From Burkholderiales bacterium (GTDB taxonomy: Bacteria; Pseudomonadota; Gammaproteobacteria; Burkholderiales; SHXO01): a stretch of 36,318 bases of DNA. This document shows positions 31,708 to 36,318 of the stretch, piece by piece. The position numbers and the translations under genes are program-made. The notes under the pieces were generated by a model. The model did no database searches. It was not told the DNA's origin and was given only the letters and a program-made list of their open reading frames with translations. Position 1 is the first letter of the stretch. Each line of letters begins with the position of its first letter. The DNA lies in contig JBBRGM010000002.1 of assembly GCA_038240725.1 (NCBI GenBank), forward strand, positions 1-36,318. Reading direction: 5' to 3'.

Positions 31708-32100
31708 GTGGTTTCTCCAGTTCGAATCTGATTACTGCGTTGGGGTCGTTGCCTTGCGGCGTGTCTGCCTTGCGTGTTGCGGTTGCGCGTATTCTGCTCG
31801 ATCACTTTTTCAAGTTTCGATTTTTCAACCAATTCATAAGGATAACACGGCAACCCGTTGAAAGAAAGCAGGCCCTGCCCGAACCGTTAGGCTGCTGCAT
31901 ACTGTCCGCGGTTCCCGCCGGAAGTGAAGGTCTGTGCTCGAATGACACGATCGCTCTACACCGCATAACGCGCCGATTGCGCCTCCCGGTATACATCGCT
32001 TTGCTTTGCTTCGATGCGCGCGCGTAGCTTCCGGCGCGTTTTCAGTCTCGTGCAAAGGGTGGTACTGTTTCGGCCGGAGCCCGTTCGCAAAGGGGAGGAC

Positions 32101-32901
32101 ATGGCAGAGGCCGGAATCGTACAGGACGAACAAAAGCTCAAACAGCGCGCGATGCGGCGCCTCGCCGTCGCCCTCACCTTCATCGCGCTTGCCATTGCCG
32201 GACTTGCGATCCTCGATCGCTACAACGCCTCGCTGAAAAAACCCGAAATTCCGACCAAGCCGCCCGAGCTGCGCGCGCTGCCCGGCGTGCCCCCGGGCGA
32301 ACAGCCGCGGGCTTCGCCGGCGCCGCCATTGACGCCGGCTCCTGCGCCGGCACAGCAAGCCGAATCGTTTCCGCCGCCACCGCCTCCGGTTGTCAGCAAT
32401 CAACCGCTGCCTTCTCCCGAGCCCGCGCCGAAGGCGTCACCCACGCCATCGGCCAATCCCCCATTCGAGAGTACCAGCAAGAATCCGCCGGCCGCCGCGA
32501 CAGCGCCATCGCGCAACAACGATCAGCCGATCATGGCATCGCCCGCGCAACCGGCCGCATCGTCGCCGAGCTCTGCAGGGAGCAAGCCGAGCGCTGCCGC
32601 TCAGCCGCGCGCGGTGCCGGCGCCCGTAGCCGCGCCGGCCGCAGCGGGGCAACCTGCAGTGGCGCAGCCGACAACTGCACCGGCCGTCGAGTCGGCTGCC
32701 AAAGGTTTCGTCGTGCAGGTCGGAGTTTTCACCACTGCGGCAAACGCGCGCAGCCTGCAGGAGAAGCTATCCGCCAAAGGCATTCGCACGCACTTGGAGA
32801 CGCGCTTGGTGGTGGGCCCGTTTCAGGATCGCGCGGAAGCAGATGCGGTGGTCAGTCAGCTCAAGCAGATGGGCTTGGAAGGCATGGTGTCGCCGCATTA
32901 G
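32101..32901 (+). CDS. SPOR domain-containing membrane protein (peptidoglycan-binding, Pro-rich linker)
   Basis: The ATG at 32101 is preceded by AGGGGAGGA. Short cytoplasmic N-terminus, TM segment LAVALTFIALAIAGLAIL, ~170-aa Pro/Ala/Ser-rich linker. C-terminal SPOR fold signature GFVVQVGVFTTAANARSLQEKLSAKGI...VGPFQDRAEADAVVSQLKQMG. The track ORF start at 32014 adds 29 unsupported residues. Confidence 0.85.
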   Translation: MAEAGIVQDEQKLKQRAMRRLAVALTFIALAIAGLAILDRYNASLKKPEIPTKPPELRALPGVPPGEQPRASPAPPLTPAPAPAQQAESFPPPPPPVVSNQPLPSPEPAPKASPTPSANPPFESTSKNPPAAATAPSRNNDQPIMASPAQPAASSPSSAGSKPSAAAQPRAVPAPVAAPAAAGQPAVAQPTTAPAVESAAKGFVVQVGVFTTAANARSLQEKLSAKGIRTHLETRLVVGPFQDRAEADAVVSQLKQMGLEGMVSPH

Positions 32902-32918
32902 CCTGACCGGCTGCCATT

Positions 32919-34208
32919 CTACGGATACAGCAATCCCGGCAGCCACAGCGATATCTGCGGCACGTAAGTCACCAAGATGAGATACAGCAGCATGACCCCG
33001 ACCCAGGGTAGACATGCGATCGACACTTCCGTCATCCCCATTCGCGCGAGATGGGATGCGACGAATAGATTCAAACCGACCGGCGGATGGATCATGCCGA
33101 TTTCCATGTTGATGGTCATGATCACGCCGAGATGAATCGGATCGATCCCCATCGCCTGCGCGATCGGCAGAAACAGCGGCGCCAAAATCAAAATGATCGA
33201 GCTGGGCTCCATGAATTGCCCGGCCAGCAGAAGCGCCACGTTCACCGCCACCAGAAACATCCATGGCTGCAGATGCTGGTCGACTACCCACTGCGACATC
33301 GATTGCGGAATCTGTTCCGACGTCAGCAGGAACGAGAACAAAATCGCGTTGGTGATGATGTACAGCAGCATCGCACTCGTGTTGGCCGCCGACAGCAGAA
33401 CCTTCGGCACTTTGCGCAGCGGCAGATCGCGATAGAGAAAGCACGCTGCGACGAACGCATAGACGGCGCTCACGGCAGCGGCTTCGGTCGGCGTGAACCA
33501 CGCCAGGTAGATGCCACCCATGACGATCACGACCAGCAGCAGGCCGCCGAACGCACTGCGGAAACTCAACCACACCTCTTTCGCGGATGCGCGCGGCAAC
33601 GTCGGAAACCGCTTCACCTTCGCAATGCCGTAGGTCACGGCCATCAACACCGCAGTCAACAAGATCCCCGGTACTACACCTGCGACGAACAGCTTGCCCG
33701 CACTCGTGTTGGTGCTGACCGCGTAGATGATCATCACGATCGACGGCGGAATCAGAATGCCGAGCGAGCCTGACGTGGTGATCACGCCGACCGCGAAGCG
33801 TTTCGGATATCCCTGCTTGATCATGGCCGGCAGCATGACGCTGCCGATTGCGGCGACGGTCGCCGGGCTCGAGCCGGACACCGTCGCGAAAAACGCGCAC
33901 GCGAGAATGGCGGCCATCGCCAATCCGCCGGGCATCCAGCCCACCAGTGCCTGCGCGAAACGGATGATGCGCGCCGCAATACCGCCCTCGGTAAGAAATG
34001 CGCCGGCCAGAATAAACAGCGGCACCGCCATGATCGCAAAGCTCTCCAGCCCGGTGACCAGCCGCTGCGAGATGATGTCCACCATGTCCATGGTGAAATG
34101 CGAGAAGCCGACCAGATAAACCAGCACCGTGAGACCGAGCGCGATCGAGATCGGCGTGCCGGTCAGCAACAGCAGCAGCAGAATCAGCAGAATGATGGCT
34201 GCAGTCAT
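32919..34208 (-). CDS. dctM: TRAP transporter large permease subunit (DctM family)
   Basis: The ATG at 34208 (MTAAIILLILLLLLLTGTPISIALG...) overlaps the dctQ stop (ATGA) and gives a 429-aa polytopic protein of typical DctM length. The upstream 175 codons of the 604-aa track ORF overlap dctQ out of frame. Confidence 0.93.
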   Translation of the reverse strand: MTAAIILLILLLLLLTGTPISIALGLTVLVYLVGFSHFTMDMVDIISQRLVTGLESFAIMAVPLFILAGAFLTEGGIAARIIRFAQALVGWMPGGLAMAAILACAFFATVSGSSPATVAAIGSVMLPAMIKQGYPKRFAVGVITTSGSLGILIPPSIVMIIYAVSTNTSAGKLFVAGVVPGILLTAVLMAVTYGIAKVKRFPTLPRASAKEVWLSFRSAFGGLLLVVIVMGGIYLAWFTPTEAAAVSAVYAFVAACFLYRDLPLRKVPKVLLSAANTSAMLLYIITNAILFSFLLTSEQIPQSMSQWVVDQHLQPWMFLVAVNVALLLAGQFMEPSSIILILAPLFLPIAQAMGIDPIHLGVIMTINMEIGMIHPPVGLNLFVASHLARMGMTEVSIACLPWVGVMLLYLILVTYVPQISLWLPGLLYP

Positions 34209-34765
34209 TCGCGCAGCCCCACGGTCGATGTCGCCGGCGCATCGGCGGCGGCGTAGTCGTGACTGGCGAGCTCGCCGCGCGTGACGTAGCGCCAGATCGC
34301 CTGCATGAAGCGAAACGACATCAATCCGCTGCCCAGCGGAATGCACAGATAGACCACCCAGCGCGGCCACTCGAGATCCGCCGTCACCGTGCCGGCCTCG
34401 TGCATGAACAGTACCCAGCGGCCGCCGAGAATCGCGATTACCGCAGTGAACAAGGCGCCGAGGCCGAGCCCGGTGATGATCAGCGCTTTTTGCATGCGCG
34501 GCGGCGAGTTGGTGACCAGCACATCGACGCCGATATGAATGCCGGTGCGCACGCCATATGCGGCGCCGAACTTCGCCATCCAGATGAACAGAAAAATGCA
34601 CAGCTCCTGCGCCCAGCTGAAATCCAGCTGGCTGGTGTACTGCCATAGAGCTGGAACGCGCGAGGTATATCGATGCACGACCGCCACGAAGATGACCAGC
34701 GTGGCGACCGCCATGCACGTGGCGATCAGCCACTCTTCCAAGCGATCGAGAAGGCGCAGGACCAT
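34205..34765 (-). CDS. dctQ: TRAP transporter small permease subunit (DctQ family)
   Basis: 186 aa with four hydrophobic segments. Located between dctP and dctM in the standard P-Q-M order. Confidence 0.88.
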   Translation of the reverse strand: MVLRLLDRLEEWLIATCMAVATLVIFVAVVHRYTSRVPALWQYTSQLDFSWAQELCIFLFIWMAKFGAAYGVRTGIHIGVDVLVTNSPPRMQKALIITGLGLGALFTAVIAILGGRWVLFMHEAGTVTADLEWPRWVVYLCIPLGSGLMSFRFMQAIWRYVTRGELASHDYAAADAPATSTVGLRE

Positions 34766-34813
34766 GAGAGTAAGTGCGGCAGCGGTTATCGGACTCGCAG
34801 CAAGGTCGAGCTG

Positions 34814-35824
34814 TTATTTGCTCTTGGCTTTTTGGGTCTCCGCCGAGATTGCGTAGATTGCGTTGAGCAGATCGCGGCCGACCGCGGCCTCGAATTGTTT
34901 ATGCACCGGCAGCATGGCCTGTTGCCAGGCCTGCCGCTCCTGCGCCGGCAACGTGTAGATCTCGGTGGTGCCCGCAGCTTTCACCGCCGCCAGCGCGCCC
35001 TCGTTGTCCTTCTGCGCAATCCCGCGTTCGTAGATCGTCGCTTCCTTCATTGCCTGCTCGAGCATCGACCGCACATCGGCGGGCAAGCCGTCCCAGAACT
35101 TCTTGTTGACGATGACGGCATAGAGAATATAGCCGTGGTCGGACAAGGTGAGATGCTTTTGCACCTCGTGCATTTTCTGCGTGTAGAAATTCGAGACGGT
35201 GTTTTCCGTACCGTCGATGACGCCTTGCTGCAGCGCTGAGTACACCTCGCTGAACGACATCACCTGCGGCAGCGCGCCGATCTGGCGAAACGTGGCGGCA
35301 ATTACTTTGGACGACTGCACACGCACTTTCAGTCCCTGAAAATCCTGCAGCTTGCGCACCGGGCGATTGGCGCTCATCTGCTTGAAGCCGTTGTCCCAGT
35401 AGGCGAGCCCTTTGATGCCTTTCGGTTCGAGCTTGGCGAACAGCTTCCGCCCGATCTCACCATCGGTCACGCGATTTACCGCCTCGACATTCGGAAAGAG
35501 ATATGGCAGATCGAACACTTCGAATTCGCGCGCCCCGATCGGCCCGAACTTCGATACGGACGGCGCCAGCATCTGCACGGCGCCACGCTGCAGCGATTCC
35601 AACTCTTCGCCGTCTTTGTAGAGCTGACTGTTCGGATACACCTCGACCTTCACGCGTCCTTTGCTGCGCTCTTCGGCAAGTTGTTTGAACTTGATCGCAG
35701 CGCTGCCTTTCGGCGTGTCGACGGTGACAACGTGGCTGAAGCGGACAACGATTGGTTGCTGTGCTGCAGCCGAGGTTGCAACAGCGGCCAACGCCACAGC
35801 CGCCAGCATACGAAATACCAGCAT
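34814..35824 (-). CDS. dctP: TRAP transporter periplasmic solute-binding protein (DctP family, probably C4-dicarboxylate type)
   Basis: 336 aa. Signal peptide MLVFRMLAAVALAAVATSAAA. DctP-family blocks (RFSHVV...TPKG, VYPNSQLY, FEVFDLPYLF, YWDNGFKQ). GGAGGA SD. Confidence 0.92.
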   Translation of the reverse strand: MLVFRMLAAVALAAVATSAAAQQPIVVRFSHVVTVDTPKGSAAIKFKQLAEERSKGRVKVEVYPNSQLYKDGEELESLQRGAVQMLAPSVSKFGPIGAREFEVFDLPYLFPNVEAVNRVTDGEIGRKLFAKLEPKGIKGLAYWDNGFKQMSANRPVRKLQDFQGLKVRVQSSKVIAATFRQIGALPQVMSFSEVYSALQQGVIDGTENTVSNFYTQKMHEVQKHLTLSDHGYILYAVIVNKKFWDGLPADVRSMLEQAMKEATIYERGIAQKDNEGALAAVKAAGTTEIYTLPAQERQAWQQAMLPVHKQFEAAVGRDLLNAIYAISAETQKAKSK

Positions 35825-35905
35825 CTATCCTCCGGGACGCAAGCGGATTTGTTTTGCATGCGACGACGCTGCTTGCGCACAGCGCCTCACGAATGGCCGC
35901 CGATT

Positions 35906-36318
35906 CTACTCGTAGCGCAGCCATTCCGGCAGCACGCCGGGTTCGCCGGCCTGCGCCGCATAGCGATGATCGACACCGATGTCGGGGATCCATACCAGCG
36001 CCGATCCGGCAAATAACAGCGGCAGCCGCTCGCGCTGCCACGCCGGCAATCCGGCCTCCTGCAGAAGATTTTTCAACGTGCGCGATGGACGCTGCGGAGA
36101 CAAGCGAATGCGCTCGCCGCCGCTGCGTGCACGAATGACGCTGCCATCCTGCAGGAGTTGCCGCACGGATAGCCCGCCGCCAACCACCGTTTGAAAACGC
36201 ACAGCGCCGAGCCCGCGAGGCAGCAGCAACTCGTCCTCGCCGCGCCAGGGCTGCGACCAGCCTTGCGCTGGATCGGCATTCGCAGCTTCCAGATACAAAC
36301 GTCCGCGGTGACGACGCA
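35906..36318 (-). CDS. tilS: tRNA(Ile)-lysidine synthase TilS, C-terminal part (5' end lies beyond the window)
   Basis: TilS C-terminal substrate-binding domain pattern ...RARSGGERIRLSPQRPSRTLKNLLQEAGLPAWQRERLPLLFAGSALVWIPDIG.... The frame stays open to nt 36318, so the TTG at 36298 in the ORF track is not the true start. Confidence 0.88.
   Translation of the reverse strand, partial: RRHRGRLYLEAANADPAQGWSQPWRGEDELLLPRGLGAVRFQTVVGGGLSVRQLLQDGSVIRARSGGERIRLSPQRPSRTLKNLLQEAGLPAWQRERLPLLFAGSALVWIPDIGVDHRYAAQAGEPGVLPEWLRYE

Noticed and set aside
31905-31935. CCGGAAGTGAAGG resembles the GGAA-tetraloop / GGAAGCAGCC core of SRP (4.5S) RNA.
   Set aside because: The flanking sequence cannot form the long domain-IV helix: bases adjacent to GGAA do not pair, and the conserved 3' strand is absent. 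It is most likely a chance match.
32919-35824. The TRAP dctPQM cassette as a horizontally acquired or novel accessory module.
   Set aside because: It has the standard P-Q-M organisation, with family-typical sequences and coupling. By eye there is no compositional break, and there are no flanking repeats or mobility genes. The substrate cannot be inferred beyond 'DctP-type, probably dicarboxylate'.

Overview
This GC-rich window (roughly 60% by eye, not computed) is almost entirely conserved core chromosome. Gene order and protein sequences look betaproteobacterial (inference). I call 34 protein genes, 33 of them on the minus strand, plus one tRNA.

Gene blocks, in coordinate order:
- Envelope, isoprenoid and translation cluster: lpxD-skp-bamA-rseP-dxr-cdsA-uppS-frr-pyrH-tsf-rpsB.
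- rlmB-rnr.
- A plus-strand tRNA-Leu(CAG).
- A long same-strand housekeeping run: purA-hisZ-DUF2065-hflC-hflK-hflX-hfq-der-bamB-yfgM-hisS-ispG-rodZ-pilW-rlmN-ndk. Many junctions in it are ATGA/GTGA stop-start overlaps.
- A divergent SPOR-domain gene.
- A TRAP dicarboxylate-type transporter (dctPQM).
- The 3' part of tilS, running off the right edge.

I see no integrase, transposase, CRISPR/cas, toxin-antitoxin or defence-type genes, and no unexplained multi-gene cassette. I therefore cannot support a claim of a novel protein-encoded system here.

What the gene map does not explain is all non-coding:
1. A phased tandem array of about five ~32-bp hairpin units starts at the 3' end of tRNA-Leu and ends at an intrinsic terminator. 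Its last unit keeps a 13/14 copy of the tRNA 3' end.
2. The hfq-hflX spacer is about 440 bp, unusually long, and holds 24-25-bp tandem repeats. One reading frame is open, has high GC3 across the repeats, and encodes a Gly/Asn/Arg-rich peptide.
3. A 17-bp imperfect inverted repeat lies between hflC and the DUF2065 gene.
4. Smaller repeat sets lie in the ispG-hisS, rpsB-tsf and ndk-SPOR spacers.

Coordinates of refined starts were derived by frame arithmetic from the supplied ORF track and checked against the sequence text.
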